Below are positions 30,032 to 40,768 of a DNA stretch of 64,000 nucleotides, one piece after another. The DNA is taken from positions 1 through 64,000 of IMG/VR virus record IMGVR_UViG_3300022930_000001; one strand, given 5' to 3'. Made by a program: the position numbers and the translations under genes. Position 1 is the stretch's first letter, and each line of letters starts with the position of its first letter. The notes under the pieces are model-generated. The model did not search any database and was not told the DNA's origin. It was given only the letters and a program-made list of their open reading frames with translations. Source of the stretch: a virus.

Positions 30032-30848
30032 ATTATTAAAAAAGTATCCGGGATTGCCAGATAATGCATATCAAGCAATTCAAACAGGTACTGCAATAAT
30101 GGATTTTAGACTTACAACAGAAAAGGATGATTGCCATTTTGGATATATTTCATTAAGTACTCTTGAAAAATATACAGAATACTGGCAAGAAATAAAAGAA
30201 AATACTTATGAGATATTAAATTTTATTGGAATTATAGCATCAAATAAAAACTGTTTATTTTCATTAAGAACTAATGGAAAATATGCTTATGCCCCTTGGC
30301 AAGATTCAATGGCTATATCAAAAGAAGCTATGCTTATTGGAGATCTTGTTAAAATAAATTCAGTTAAGCGCATTGCTGATGGAGAAATATTTACACTTGG
30401 TGATAATACAACATTAGGCATTATTACTGAAATTGAAATAAATAAAAATTGTAGGTATTCTGAAATTCAATTAACATTTCAAAATACAATTGCCGATTTA
30501 TACTGCCCTAATAGTAATGATAAAAGTAAGTTTTTAGTTAAAAAAAAAGAAAAAGAACCTCTTCTTATAACGGAAGACGGTATACCACTTTATCATAATG
30601 ATCGTTATTATTTTTTAAATACTAACACTTATGTATTAAGTGATTTATCATATCTTATTGGAAAACATTCTGATGAATATACTAATATAAAGTATGGTAA
30701 ATATTTTTCTACTCTTGAATCTGCGAATGAATATATTATTAAAAATAAACCTTGTTTAAGTTTAAGAGAAATATTTAATTGTTCAACTATTTCAGAATTA
30801 GGTCAATCAATACTTTATGATAAAGTAAAGCAAAAATTAAATATGTAA
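30015..30848 (+). CDS. hypothetical protein, paralog of 30852
   Basis: Shares DG.+F.+GD, I.EDG..LY..D and Y+I.NKP..SL. Confidence 0.75.
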   Translation: MQRKFKLLKKYPGLPDNAYQAIQTGTAIMDFRLTTEKDDCHFGYISLSTLEKYTEYWQEIKENTYEILNFIGIIASNKNCLFSLRTNGKYAYAPWQDSMAISKEAMLIGDLVKINSVKRIADGEIFTLGDNTTLGIITEIEINKNCRYSEIQLTFQNTIADLYCPNSNDKSKFLVKKKEKEPLLITEDGIPLYHNDRYYFLNTNTYVLSDLSYLIGKHSDEYTNIKYGKYFSTLESANEYIIKNKPCLSLREIFNCSTISELGQSILYDKVKQKLNM

Positions 30849-30851
30849 ATT

Positions 30852-31553
30852 ATGCAAAAAGATGTAAAAATATTATCATTTGCATATGATAATAATCAAG
30901 AAATTAAATTACACCCTGATGGCAGATATAGTATCGTTAGAAATGATAATGAAGAATTACTACTTAAAGGTAATCATGCGTTAGAAGCAATACTTACTAG
31001 CCAATATGGTTCTAAAATACTAAAAATAAGTGTTGATGGAATTGTATATAAAATAGGAGATAAGATAAGGCATAAGAATAATCCTGAAGATGTATATCAT
31101 CCAATTGTTTCATTTAATATGAAACAATCTATGGATTATAATGGTTCAAGAGAAAGCCAATATGTGTATGCTGTAACAAAGCAATATTCACATAATGGTC
31201 TTAACGTTGTAAATATGCTAAAGGAAGAAGATGAAGATTTAATAGATATTGTTTTTGAACAAGAAAAGATTTGTTTTGAAGCATTACCTATTATAATTTC
31301 AGAAGATGGTGCTAATCTTTATGAAGGAGATGATTGTTATATTGTGAATACTAGTTTTGGAATTAAAAAAATAGATGTAGATAAATCAATAAGTGGTTTA
31401 GTATTTTCTGAAAAAGTAAATGCTGAAAAATACGTAATTTCTAATAAACCTATTTTTAGTTTAGAAGATCTTATTGATTTAGAATTAGTTGGTGTTGATG
31501 AACAAGCTAAATATATTGACATTATCAATAAAAGATTAAATGGAACGAATTAG
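30852..31553 (+). CDS. hypothetical protein, paralog of 30015
   Basis: Motifs shared with 30015. Confidence 0.75.
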   Translation: MQKDVKILSFAYDNNQEIKLHPDGRYSIVRNDNEELLLKGNHALEAILTSQYGSKILKISVDGIVYKIGDKIRHKNNPEDVYHPIVSFNMKQSMDYNGSRESQYVYAVTKQYSHNGLNVVNMLKEEDEDLIDIVFEQEKICFEALPIIISEDGANLYEGDDCYIVNTSFGIKKIDVDKSISGLVFSEKVNAEKYVISNKPIFSLEDLIDLELVGVDEQAKYIDIINKRLNGTN

Positions 31554-32262
31554 ATTAGCAGGATTTGTAGGAAGAGATTGGGCAGATTGGATTGGGCCTT
31601 GGTTTTATAGTCCAGAATGGGAAACAATAAATAGAGTTTTACAAATACGTAAAAAAACTAATATTGCTTTTGCTCCTTTGGAAAAAAACATATTTAGAGC
31701 CTTTAAAGAATGCCCTTTTTATTCATTAAATACTGTAATTTTAACGGATAATTGTTATTCTACAGTAAATAATATTGGTAAACCACTTGCTGATGGATTA
31801 GCATTTAGTGCAAAAGATAGTGTTTTCTGTCCTGATGAATTAGAAAAAATATTTTTTGCACTAGACGATACATTATATGGAACTGGAAGTGAAGATGTTA
31901 TAAGTGATACAGATGATTTTGATTTAAAGCGATGGGCTGCACAAGGTATTCTCATGATTAATTGTGAATTTACTACTCTTATTGGTGGAGAAACAAGTAC
32001 TAAAAATGATTTTTTATTATGGCAACCTTTTTTAGTTTATCTCTTAGATCGACTTGATTTTTGGAAAGAAGGTTTAAATATTATAGCTATTGGTGAAAAA
32101 TCAAAAGAATATTTAGGAATGTTTGGAAATCCTTCACATAATTTATTAAGTTGTGAAAGTCCTAAATTAGCTAAAGCTGAGAAAAGATCTTGGGATCATA
32201 ATAATATTTTTAAGGATTTAAATATATCTTTAGAAAAACAGAATATTAAAATGAAATGGTAA
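31540..32262 (+). CDS. uracil-DNA glycosylase-like protein with degenerate active site
   Basis: P....IFRAF, ADGLAFS and L.RWA.QGIL+IN are present; GQDPY is replaced by TDNCY and HPSP by CESP. Confidence 0.8.
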   Translation: MERIRLAGFVGRDWADWIGPWFYSPEWETINRVLQIRKKTNIAFAPLEKNIFRAFKECPFYSLNTVILTDNCYSTVNNIGKPLADGLAFSAKDSVFCPDELEKIFFALDDTLYGTGSEDVISDTDDFDLKRWAAQGILMINCEFTTLIGGETSTKNDFLLWQPFLVYLLDRLDFWKEGLNIIAIGEKSKEYLGMFGNPSHNLLSCESPKLAKAEKRSWDHNNIFKDLNISLEKQNIKMKW

Positions 32263-32528
32263 AAATGCTTAAAAGACTAGTATTACTTTTACAATTAAAA
32301 GGTAAAAGAGAGATATGTCAAAACCTACTTCAATTTAAAGGTACTCCATGTAAAATTACAATCTATTATCAATTAACAACTGATCTTGAACCGAGAATTT
32401 GTGATTGTTGGATGGCACCTAATTGGGGATGGCCTGAACTATTTGAACAAACTGATACTATAATGACCCCTTGGAAAGGTTATATTAATAGTGCAGGAAT
32501 TATCGAAATTAATGATTTAACAGAATAA
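32256..32528 (+). CDS. hypothetical protein
   Basis: ORF in operon. Confidence 0.5.
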   Translation: MVKMLKRLVLLLQLKGKREICQNLLQFKGTPCKITIYYQLTTDLEPRICDCWMAPNWGWPELFEQTDTIMTPWKGYINSAGIIEINDLTE

Positions 32529-32536
32529 AACAAATT

Positions 32537-32842
32537 ATGAAAAATATTTGGAAAGAAGAAGATATTAAAGTTGGCATGTTTATAATAAGAGAAAGTTCTA
32601 AAAAACCTTCAAAAGACATTACATTTACAAGAACTGTTACAAGTCAAATCACATGGTCGCATGGTAGAACAAATACTAATTATGGATTAACTTCTGTAAT
32701 GACCGATGGTTGGTTTTGTCCAATTGGAAAAAATAAACAATCATTAGCAGATCATTTAAATAATGATGAATTTGGTTATCGTCCTGCAACTAAAGAAGAA
32801 ATATTAGATATGCTTATTGATAATAAACAAGGATTTTATTGA
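32537..32842 (+). CDS. hypothetical protein
   Basis: ORF in operon. Confidence 0.65.
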   Translation: MKNIWKEEDIKVGMFIIRESSKKPSKDITFTRTVTSQITWSHGRTNTNYGLTSVMTDGWFCPIGKNKQSLADHLNNDEFGYRPATKEEILDMLIDNKQGFY

Positions 32843-32864
32843 TTAATTATTTAAAACAAAACAA

Positions 32865-33299
32865 ATGGAACAACTATTAGAGCCACAAGTTGCTCAAAAA
32901 CTTGAAATAACAGAAGAAAATAAAGTAGTTTTACTTTGTGTATACGGTACATTACTCAAAGATTATGGCAACTGGGCATATTTTCTTAAAAATAAAAGTA
33001 AATTTTTAGGTACATTCCAAACTAAACCTGAATTTACAATGTATAATACTGGTGGATTTCCAATAGTATCCCCTTCTGGAAATACATCTATTGAATGTGA
33101 TGTTTTTGAAATAAAACAAAATAGTGTTTTGCAGCGCATTCATCAATTAGAAGGCTTCAGAGGTATTATTGGTAGTCCAGATAATTGGTATGATGTAATG
33201 CCTATAGAAACACCTTATGGACAAGCTTATATGTATATACAAGAAGGAGAACATCAACTTCCTATTGTAAAATCAGGTAAATGGCGTTCTAAAAATTAA
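32865..33299 (+). CDS. gamma-glutamylcyclotransferase (GGACT/AIG2-like)
   Basis: VYGTL, GGFP, LEG, AYMY, SGKW. Confidence 0.88.
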   Translation: MEQLLEPQVAQKLEITEENKVVLLCVYGTLLKDYGNWAYFLKNKSKFLGTFQTKPEFTMYNTGGFPIVSPSGNTSIECDVFEIKQNSVLQRIHQLEGFRGIIGSPDNWYDVMPIETPYGQAYMYIQEGEHQLPIVKSGKWRSKN

Positions 33300-33343
33300 T
33301 CTTTTATTCTTAATTAAACTTTAACTTAAAAAAAATATTTAAA

Positions 33344-34159
33344 ATGAGTATACAATCATTATTGATGGCAGAAGTAACTTTAGGATCAGATGTTGAATTT
33401 TTTCTAAGGCATAAACATAGTGGAGAAATTGTATCTGCTGAAGGACTTATTCCGGGTACAAAACACGAACCTGCACATTTTGATCCAAATAATAAGTATT
33501 ATGCAACTTCTTTGGATAATGTTATGGCTGAAGGTAATATCCCACCTACGGCTAATGCTTTAGATTTTTATAAATCTATTGAAAAGCTTCGTAAACATAT
33601 TGATTCTTTAGTAATTAATCAAAATCTTGAAACAATAGCTATTCCAAGTGCAAGACTTGATTTCAAATGGCTTCAAACAGAAAACGCAAAGCTTTTTGGA
33701 TGTGAACCATCGTTTAATGCATGGTCAGGAGAATGGCAACATCCTCAGGCCAAAGATGATAATGCTCGTTCTGCAGGTTTTCATATTCATTGTGGATATG
33801 ATTCCCCTTCAGAAGAAACAAATAATTTATTTGGTCGTGCTTGTGATTTATTCCTAGGTATACCATCAATAATTATGGAACCTATGAATGAACGTAAACA
33901 TGTAGGATATGGTCTTGCAGGCAATATCCGTAATAAGCCTTATGGTGTAGAATATCGTACCTTATCATCTTATTTTGCATCTTCACAGCAACTTACAGAA
34001 TGGTCATTTAGAAATACTTTGCGTGCTGTAAATTTTATAAATAACGGACATTCATCACTTATTGAAAATATGGGTGATGAAATACAACGAATTATTAATC
34101 AGGAAGATCGTAAAGCTGCAAAAGCTATTGTTAAAGAATTTAATCTTGAATTAGTATAA
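33344..34159 (+). CDS. phiEco32-like COOH-NH2 ligase type 2
   Basis: LGSDVEFF, PGTK..P, DNV.AE, FGCEP, RSAGFHIH, KPYGVEYRTLS. Confidence 0.88.
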   Translation: MSIQSLLMAEVTLGSDVEFFLRHKHSGEIVSAEGLIPGTKHEPAHFDPNNKYYATSLDNVMAEGNIPPTANALDFYKSIEKLRKHIDSLVINQNLETIAIPSARLDFKWLQTENAKLFGCEPSFNAWSGEWQHPQAKDDNARSAGFHIHCGYDSPSEETNNLFGRACDLFLGIPSIIMEPMNERKHVGYGLAGNIRNKPYGVEYRTLSSYFASSQQLTEWSFRNTLRAVNFINNGHSSLIENMGDEIQRIINQEDRKAAKAIVKEFNLELV

Positions 34160-34860
34160 TGAGGTACTTTTGTAATTTTAAAACTATTAAAGCAGATACT
34201 GAAAGTCAGGATCATTTTGGAGCAGCTTGTTTTGGAGATATTTATAGAAATGGAAAAAACTATAAAAAAGTAGTTTTTTATGTTTGTAAAGACTATAAAG
34301 ATTATTCTCACAATAAAATGAATTTTTCAGAAAAACAAGTTTTAGAATATGTAGAAGGATTGAAATCTCTAGGATTTACTTTAGATGTAAATACACAAGA
34401 TTCATTTACTTATATTAGTAAAAAATATGAAGCATATTCTTTTACAATTCCTTTGAAGGAAAATTATTTTCTAGGTGTTTTGTTTCTATTAAACTGTTTA
34501 CGTTATTTACATGAAGACAATTATCCTACTATTTTAGAAAAATTATTTAAATGGTGGAATGATGAAGATCGGTCAAATTTTTATAATAAACTAATTATTG
34601 CACATTATCAACAAGAATATTCTTGTGGACATTGTTTTAAACCAAGTTATTCTAAATTATTAGATTTGGTTGAAGATGCGCAAGTACTGCAAATGATTGA
34701 ACAAAATAAAGATTCTAATTCTGTTAGTGGTAGCTTACGTCAAATAAAAAAACTACCTTCCGGACTAGACCTTGGTGAACTTAAATCATTGATTAATCAA
34801 AATAATTCATTTAAAGAAATTTTAGAAAAATATACAAAATTATGCGAAAAATATTTGTAA
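34159..34860 (+). CDS. hypothetical protein in amidoligase cluster
   Basis: TAATG-coupled ORF; LRYLHE motif. Confidence 0.7.
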   Translation: MRYFCNFKTIKADTESQDHFGAACFGDIYRNGKNYKKVVFYVCKDYKDYSHNKMNFSEKQVLEYVEGLKSLGFTLDVNTQDSFTYISKKYEAYSFTIPLKENYFLGVLFLLNCLRYLHEDNYPTILEKLFKWWNDEDRSNFYNKLIIAHYQQEYSCGHCFKPSYSKLLDLVEDAQVLQMIEQNKDSNSVSGSLRQIKKLPSGLDLGELKSLINQNNSFKEILEKYTKLCEKYL

Positions 34861-35456
34861 TAGGTGGAAATACGGTTTATGCTAATTGGATGCAAGGTAC
34901 ACTTGTAGAAAAACTAGAAGAAGCTGATTTAGTAGTATTAACTGGTGGTGAAGATGTTTCACCTAAATATTATCAGCAACCTGCGCACAAAACAACTTAT
35001 AATAGTCCTGCACGAGATCTTTATGAAATAAAAGAAGCTCGTAAAGCTATTGAACTTGGAATTCCAATAATAGGAATTTGTCGAGGAAGTCAACTATCAT
35101 GTGTTCTTGCGGGTGGAGATTTGGTTCAAGATCAACCTAATCCTAGATACATTCATCCAATTAAAACTTATGATGATAAAGAATTTGAAATAACAAGTAC
35201 TCATCATCAGGCACAACTTCCATTTTGTCTACCAAAAGAAGAATACAAAATTCTTGCATGGACAGAAAAAATGTTAGGTTATCATAAAGATGGATGGGAT
35301 AACGAAATTAATCCTGAAGTAGAAGTAGAAATATGTTTTTATCCTAAGATAAAAGCCTTAGCTATTCAAGGACATCCTGAATCAATGATAGAAAACGAAC
35401 CTGTTATAAAATGGTTACAAACACTGTTAACAAAACATTTGAATAATGAACTCTAA
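34842..35456 (+). CDS. class I glutamine amidotransferase (peptidase C26-like)
   Basis: LTGGEDV.P..Y, GICRG.Q, STHHQ, QGHPE. Confidence 0.92.
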   Translation: MRKIFVIGGNTVYANWMQGTLVEKLEEADLVVLTGGEDVSPKYYQQPAHKTTYNSPARDLYEIKEARKAIELGIPIIGICRGSQLSCVLAGGDLVQDQPNPRYIHPIKTYDDKEFEITSTHHQAQLPFCLPKEEYKILAWTEKMLGYHKDGWDNEINPEVEVEICFYPKIKALAIQGHPESMIENEPVIKWLQTLLTKHLNNEL

Positions 35457-35943
35457 AAAAATAATAAGTCACTTAAAAGAAAAAGAAAAATTATTTGATC
35501 AGGAAGGTTTTCTACATTTTAAAGAAAAAATTAGATATCGTAAATTAAATGTAGTACAATTTATTAATAATTTAATTACTAAATGGTATCCAAAATATTG
35601 TACTTATACAGCAATTGATAACTTAGATACAGGATGTGCAAAACATCATTCTGTTGAAAGCATCTATAAAACTGTAAAATATTATTATCCAAATATTACT
35701 TTAATAGAAGTAATTGGAATATTATATTATTATGGATATCAGAAAGATTTTTATGCACTTCCTTGTAATACAATTAACAAGATTACTTTTTTTAAAGCAG
35801 GTTCTCGTGGATATGGTAATTCTTTTTTTTCAGATTGGACATTATCATCATGCAGAAAATTAGAAGTTAAACTTGAAGTATTACGTAAAAATCATTTTAC
35901 AAAAGAAAAATGTGAAGAATATTTTAATTTATTAAACAACTAA
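35446..35943 (+). CDS. hypothetical protein, paralog of the N-terminal domain of 35946
   Basis: Shares G.LHFKE, LDT...S.E.I....KYYYP and C..I.KITFF. Confidence 0.7.
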   Translation: MNSKKIISHLKEKEKLFDQEGFLHFKEKIRYRKLNVVQFINNLITKWYPKYCTYTAIDNLDTGCAKHHSVESIYKTVKYYYPNITLIEVIGILYYYGYQKDFYALPCNTINKITFFKAGSRGYGNSFFSDWTLSSCRKLEVKLEVLRKNHFTKEKCEEYFNLLNN

Positions 35944-35945
35944 AA

Positions 35946-37367
35946 ATGACAAAAGAAAAAGTTTTAAATATCCTAGTAGCAAAAGAGCAGACCTTTATTG
36001 AGAAAGGACTTTTGCACTTTAAAGAAGTATTAAAAGAAGAAATTAACATTAAAATTGAAGAATTTATTGTAAAACTTTTAAAAGAACATATTCCTAAGTA
36101 TTCAACATATTGTATTAATAATGGTGTGTTAGATACTGTTGCTAATAAAAATAGATCATTTGAAGATATTTTTAGAATAACAAAGTATTATTATCCTGAA
36201 ATAAAATTGAATGAACTATATGCAATTTTAATGCTGATGGTTCATAATACTGAAGAAACAGGAATTAGAACTCTTTGTTGTGGATCAATTCATAAAATAA
36301 CATTTTTTCATAAAACAATTAGAGATTATAGTAATTATCCTGATGATGGTTCTACTGATATCTCATTAGAAATAACCAATAAAAATTTAAATAATATATT
36401 TACTAAAAATTATTGTCAAGAATTAATTAATAATTTAAACAAACCAAAAGAAATAATTAAAAAGAAAGTTATGGAAAATAATATAATTCCTATTTTAGGT
36501 TTGGCTGTCAGGGGAGGTTTTCGTCCTCGTATTTGTTCTCGTCATCCTACACATAATATTCTTCGTACAGAACTTCCAAAAATGAAGTTTAGATCTGTAT
36601 TTCGTCTTGGTTCTACTACTGAAATTGAAGATGTTATAGATAATGGAGGTGTAAGAGTTGAAATTAATTCTATTGAATCTGTTAAAAATTCTGCATCTAA
36701 AAGGCTTATGAAAGAATGCTTTACTGATGCAGGTGTTAAAACTGCAGATTGGTTTATTGTAGACGCACAAGGAAATTTTATTCAAAAACTTGGTGAAAAT
36801 TCCAAAAAAATATCTAAAAAAGAATTACCTTTTCCACTTATTATTAAAAGCCTTCATGGTTCTCGTGGTCGTGGTAATACACTTGTAAAAGATCTTGCGG
36901 CTTTAGATATATTTTTACAGGGTAAGGATATGAAGAATTATATTATCGAAAAATTCTATTCTTATTCTCGTGAATATCGTATTCATGTTACAAGTGAAGG
37001 TTACTTTTATACTTGTCGTAAAATGCTTAAAAAAGATACTCCTGAAGATAAGCGTTTCCAAAGGCATGATGATAATTGTGTATGGATTGTTGAAGATAAT
37101 CCTTCTTTTGAAAAACCTGTAAATTGGGATGCATTAGTCGCAGATTGTATAAAAGCACTTGAAAGCCTTGGTGGAGATATAATGGCCTTTGATGTTAAAA
37201 TGCAATCTGTAAAAGATGCTAAAGGTAATCTTCGTAAAGATCCAAAATGGATCATACTTGAATCTTGTAGTGCTCCTAGTTTTGGAGAAATTACTGCAAA
37301 AAAGTATATTGAGCAAATACCTAAAGTTGCTACTCGTATTGCTTTAGAAGTAGGAATACTTAAATAA
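35946..37367 (+). CDS. ATP-grasp peptide ligase with extra N-terminal domain
   Basis: FPLIIK..HGSRGRG, IEK, EYRIHV, AFDV, ILESCSAPS. Confidence 0.85.
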   Translation: MTKEKVLNILVAKEQTFIEKGLLHFKEVLKEEINIKIEEFIVKLLKEHIPKYSTYCINNGVLDTVANKNRSFEDIFRITKYYYPEIKLNELYAILMLMVHNTEETGIRTLCCGSIHKITFFHKTIRDYSNYPDDGSTDISLEITNKNLNNIFTKNYCQELINNLNKPKEIIKKKVMENNIIPILGLAVRGGFRPRICSRHPTHNILRTELPKMKFRSVFRLGSTTEIEDVIDNGGVRVEINSIESVKNSASKRLMKECFTDAGVKTADWFIVDAQGNFIQKLGENSKKISKKELPFPLIIKSLHGSRGRGNTLVKDLAALDIFLQGKDMKNYIIEKFYSYSREYRIHVTSEGYFYTCRKMLKKDTPEDKRFQRHDDNCVWIVEDNPSFEKPVNWDALVADCIKALESLGGDIMAFDVKMQSVKDAKGNLRKDPKWIILESCSAPSFGEITAKKYIEQIPKVATRIALEVGILK

Positions 37368-37465
37368 AGATTTAAAGAGACTGTTTAATGTGCATAGAAG
37401 CTTTTGCGAAGCGTAGAACATTACTTTAACTATTTTAAAAACAAAACAAATAAAACTAATTTAAA

Positions 37466-39640
37466 ATGATAACATCAATAGCATATTATTTGCTCATACT
37501 AATTGCCTTAAGAGTATTTTTTAAGCCAGACAGCTCTATACTATGCTGTGGAATTGCAGGAGTTTCTGTTGTAAAAGGTTTAACTCCTGAACAAGAACAA
37601 AAAGTAACCATGAATATGAAATTGCTAGCACTAGCAAATCAAAGTCGTGGTGAAGATGGTTGCGGTGTATATATGAATGGTGAAATATTCAAAGGATATG
37701 AAGATAGTACTAATAAAATACATACTAAAAAAATGGTAGATTTTCTTGGTCAACCAGAATGGATATTACCCAAACTAGATTCTACGTTAGGTACTGCAAT
37801 GTTTATGCATGCACGTAAAACAACTTCTGGTGCATCTGTGCGGGCAAATACCCATCCATTTTATATAAAATCAGTACATAATGAAAAAGATGATATGATT
37901 CTTTGTCATAATGGTACTATTAAAAACATTTGGGATATGTGCCGTGAATATGAAATGAAGAATTCTGATTATAATGTAGATTCTTTTGCTCTTGGTGCAA
38001 TGATTGATAAAGTTGGAGCTAAAAAAGCTTTGACAAAATATGATGGCGCTGCAGCATTACTTTGGGTAAAACCTGCAGAACCTGATATACTGTATGTATT
38101 TCATGGTGCTTCTCGTACTGTAAAAGATGGTGTAATTTATTATGAACGTCCATTATGTTTCCTTAAAACAAAAGAAGGAATTTATTTTTCTTCAATGGAA
38201 GAATCATTGTATGCTATTCGTGATAGTGTTGATCAGCAAGTATTTGATGTTGATGCCAATGAAGTAATACGAGTTCGTAATGGTAAATTTGTACACCCAA
38301 GGATAGCCATTGATCGTGCAGATTCTTGTCTTTATAAAGCACCTGTAAGACCTGCATATAATTGGAATGAAAAACCTACAGAAATTGGATTTAAACCTAC
38401 AAATCAGACTGGTTCAAGTATTATTGCGACTGAGGTTCTAAGTGCTCCTAAAGTATCATTAGTATGGTCAGAAACAATGCCTGTTAAACCAACAGAAGGT
38501 ACTAGAATACTTTTTGCAAAAAATCGCTATTGGTTCAATGGATCATTACTTGTACATGGTGAACAATATTTAAACTGTAAAGGAATTGTAGATGATAAAA
38601 CACATCATGATACTAAAGCGTATTATTTTTGGGCAGGTATTTTATTGAAATCTGAAGCTGATTATAATATTCTATTAAATGTGAGTAAAGATGCTTCTTC
38701 ATGGATAAGAAGTCAATCAGTTAATTTTGCATATACAATCTCTAAATTTGCAGCACATCCAGTCACAAATAGTGAAACAGAATTTATTACAGTTAATAAT
38801 ATAGGTTCTGAACCTTACTGGAGATTTGCATTTTATGAAGATGGTCATCGTTGTAAAAAGAATTTTAGTGCTAAATTTAGCTCTAGAACATATGTGATAA
38901 ACAAACAAGCATTTCTTGAAAAAATAGTAAGTTCTGATAAATTAGATAAAGAATTCTTCATTGAAAATCTTAAAACAGATTCTACAAATAATGATGTATT
39001 ATCGGTGTTTGATTGTTCTTATAAAGAAATAAATGAACTTGTTAGAACAATAACAGTCGTTGAAAAATTAGTAGTAAAGGAATTTTTAGCAGAACAATTA
39101 AAAGCTGATTCTCCTGTAGATCCTGTACCTGCTGAAATAGAGGATGCTTACATGACACTTCTACGAAATGTAATTAAAAATGAAACTTGCATTCGAGTAG
39201 AATTAAATGATTTAACAACAACTTTGGAAACTTATGTAGAAATGATTGAACTTGAATATAAAAATCGAGGAAATTCATACAGTAAGGAAGAAGAAGAATT
39301 TGATAAATTCATTGATGGAAATTTTATCATTGATACTGTAGAGCCAACACTTCCGTCTACAAGTATCGAAGAAGAGGAAGCTTTTACAACTTATACTGAA
39401 GAACAAATAGAACTTGAAATGACAAAAGAAAAACTTGAAATGGTTATTGATCAACTAGCAATGCTAGATGAAACAGCTGAAGAACTAAAAACAATAAATA
39501 ATGATTTGGCTCAAGAATCGGCAAGTGTTTTATATAAATCTTTAGATTCTATAAAACATAATTTGTCAGAAATTCTTGTAAAAAATGATTGTACAAATTT
39601 ATCAAATGAATTAAACCGTAAAGTAAAAACAATTATATAA
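37466..39640 (+). CDS. class II (Ntn) glutamine amidotransferase with hydrophobic N-terminal leader
   Basis: CGIAG, SRGEDGCG, HARK.T.G, NTHPF, HNGTI.N, VDS, ERPL. Confidence 0.88.
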   Translation: MITSIAYYLLILIALRVFFKPDSSILCCGIAGVSVVKGLTPEQEQKVTMNMKLLALANQSRGEDGCGVYMNGEIFKGYEDSTNKIHTKKMVDFLGQPEWILPKLDSTLGTAMFMHARKTTSGASVRANTHPFYIKSVHNEKDDMILCHNGTIKNIWDMCREYEMKNSDYNVDSFALGAMIDKVGAKKALTKYDGAAALLWVKPAEPDILYVFHGASRTVKDGVIYYERPLCFLKTKEGIYFSSMEESLYAIRDSVDQQVFDVDANEVIRVRNGKFVHPRIAIDRADSCLYKAPVRPAYNWNEKPTEIGFKPTNQTGSSIIATEVLSAPKVSLVWSETMPVKPTEGTRILFAKNRYWFNGSLLVHGEQYLNCKGIVDDKTHHDTKAYYFWAGILLKSEADYNILLNVSKDASSWIRSQSVNFAYTISKFAAHPVTNSETEFITVNNIGSEPYWRFAFYEDGHRCKKNFSAKFSSRTYVINKQAFLEKIVSSDKLDKEFFIENLKTDSTNNDVLSVFDCSYKEINELVRTITVVEKLVVKEFLAEQLKADSPVDPVPAEIEDAYMTLLRNVIKNETCIRVELNDLTTTLETYVEMIELEYKNRGNSYSKEEEEFDKFIDGNFIIDTVEPTLPSTSIEEEEAFTTYTEEQIELEMTKEKLEMVIDQLAMLDETAEELKTINNDLAQESASVLYKSLDSIKHNLSEILVKNDCTNLSNELNRKVKTII

Positions 39641-40768
39641 TGACACTTTATATAGATAATCCAAATTTAAATCTACCGATTAAAAAAACAGTAGACGGTA
39701 CAAAAGAATACAGAAACAATTGTAAATATATTGGTGAAAAGTATTATCGTATTAATGATCAAGTGTATGAAGTAGAAGGTACTTGGTATCGTAAAGAAAC
39801 AGGTAAAATTGAACTTGATCATGAATTACAAAAGTGGCAATTAAAAAATGGTAATCTTATAAAGGGTGCTGTCGGGATTAATCCCGACGGTACTCCTTTA
39901 ATAGGACATTTTTCAAGAAATCCTATTAAAAATGCAATTTGTCATTTTAGTAATTATGGAAGACTTTCTATCCTTAATGTGGATTTAATTCAAGATAATA
40001 GTTTTGTTGAAAATATGGGTAGTGGTGAGTTTGTGCAAACTATCGGTATGGGTGCAGGAAGTATTGCAAAATTGAATCGCATTCATAATGAAGTTGACCA
40101 TACTCGTAAAGGTTATAATATTGAAGATAACGCTGTAGAATTTGCAGAGAAAAAACAAGTTTATGCAGAATACAATACTAAAATTAGTAAAGATGCAAAG
40201 CTTTTTGGTAAACTATTAGGTGATACTACTTTTGGATGTGAATTAGAAACATCTGAAGGTATGCTTCCTGATTATCTTCAGTATCGTCATGGAACAATTA
40301 TATGTCGTGATGGATCAATACATGGTGGAGCAGAATATGTTACAATTCCTATGAGTGGCCCTAAAGGCATTCAAACATTACATAATTTATGTAATGATCT
40401 TAGTAAGCGTTGTAATATTGATGTTAATTGTGCATTGCATATTCATCTAGGTAATTTACCTCAAGATAGAGCATATTTAGTTTCATTGTATAATTTATTC
40501 TATAAAATACAGGATGAATTGTTTAAGATGTTTCCTTATTATAAAACAGATCCTAGAGGAGTAAAAAAGAAGAATTATTGCCAGAAATCAAAAACTATGG
40601 CGATGGCTCCTCTTAAAGATACTTCTAAAGCAGGATTTAAGGAATATGTTGATGATTACTATTATAAGCTTTTCATGTTTCTTTCTGATGGTATTCCTCC
40701 AGATGCTCATAATAATAGGAATAATAATCAACATCCTGTAAGGAACAAATGGGATCGAGTTAATCGCT
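39640..40768 (+). CDS. putative amidoligase (Amidoligase_2 type), exon 1
   Basis: FGCELET, DGSI, EYVT.P, CALHIH, NYC. Confidence 0.85.
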
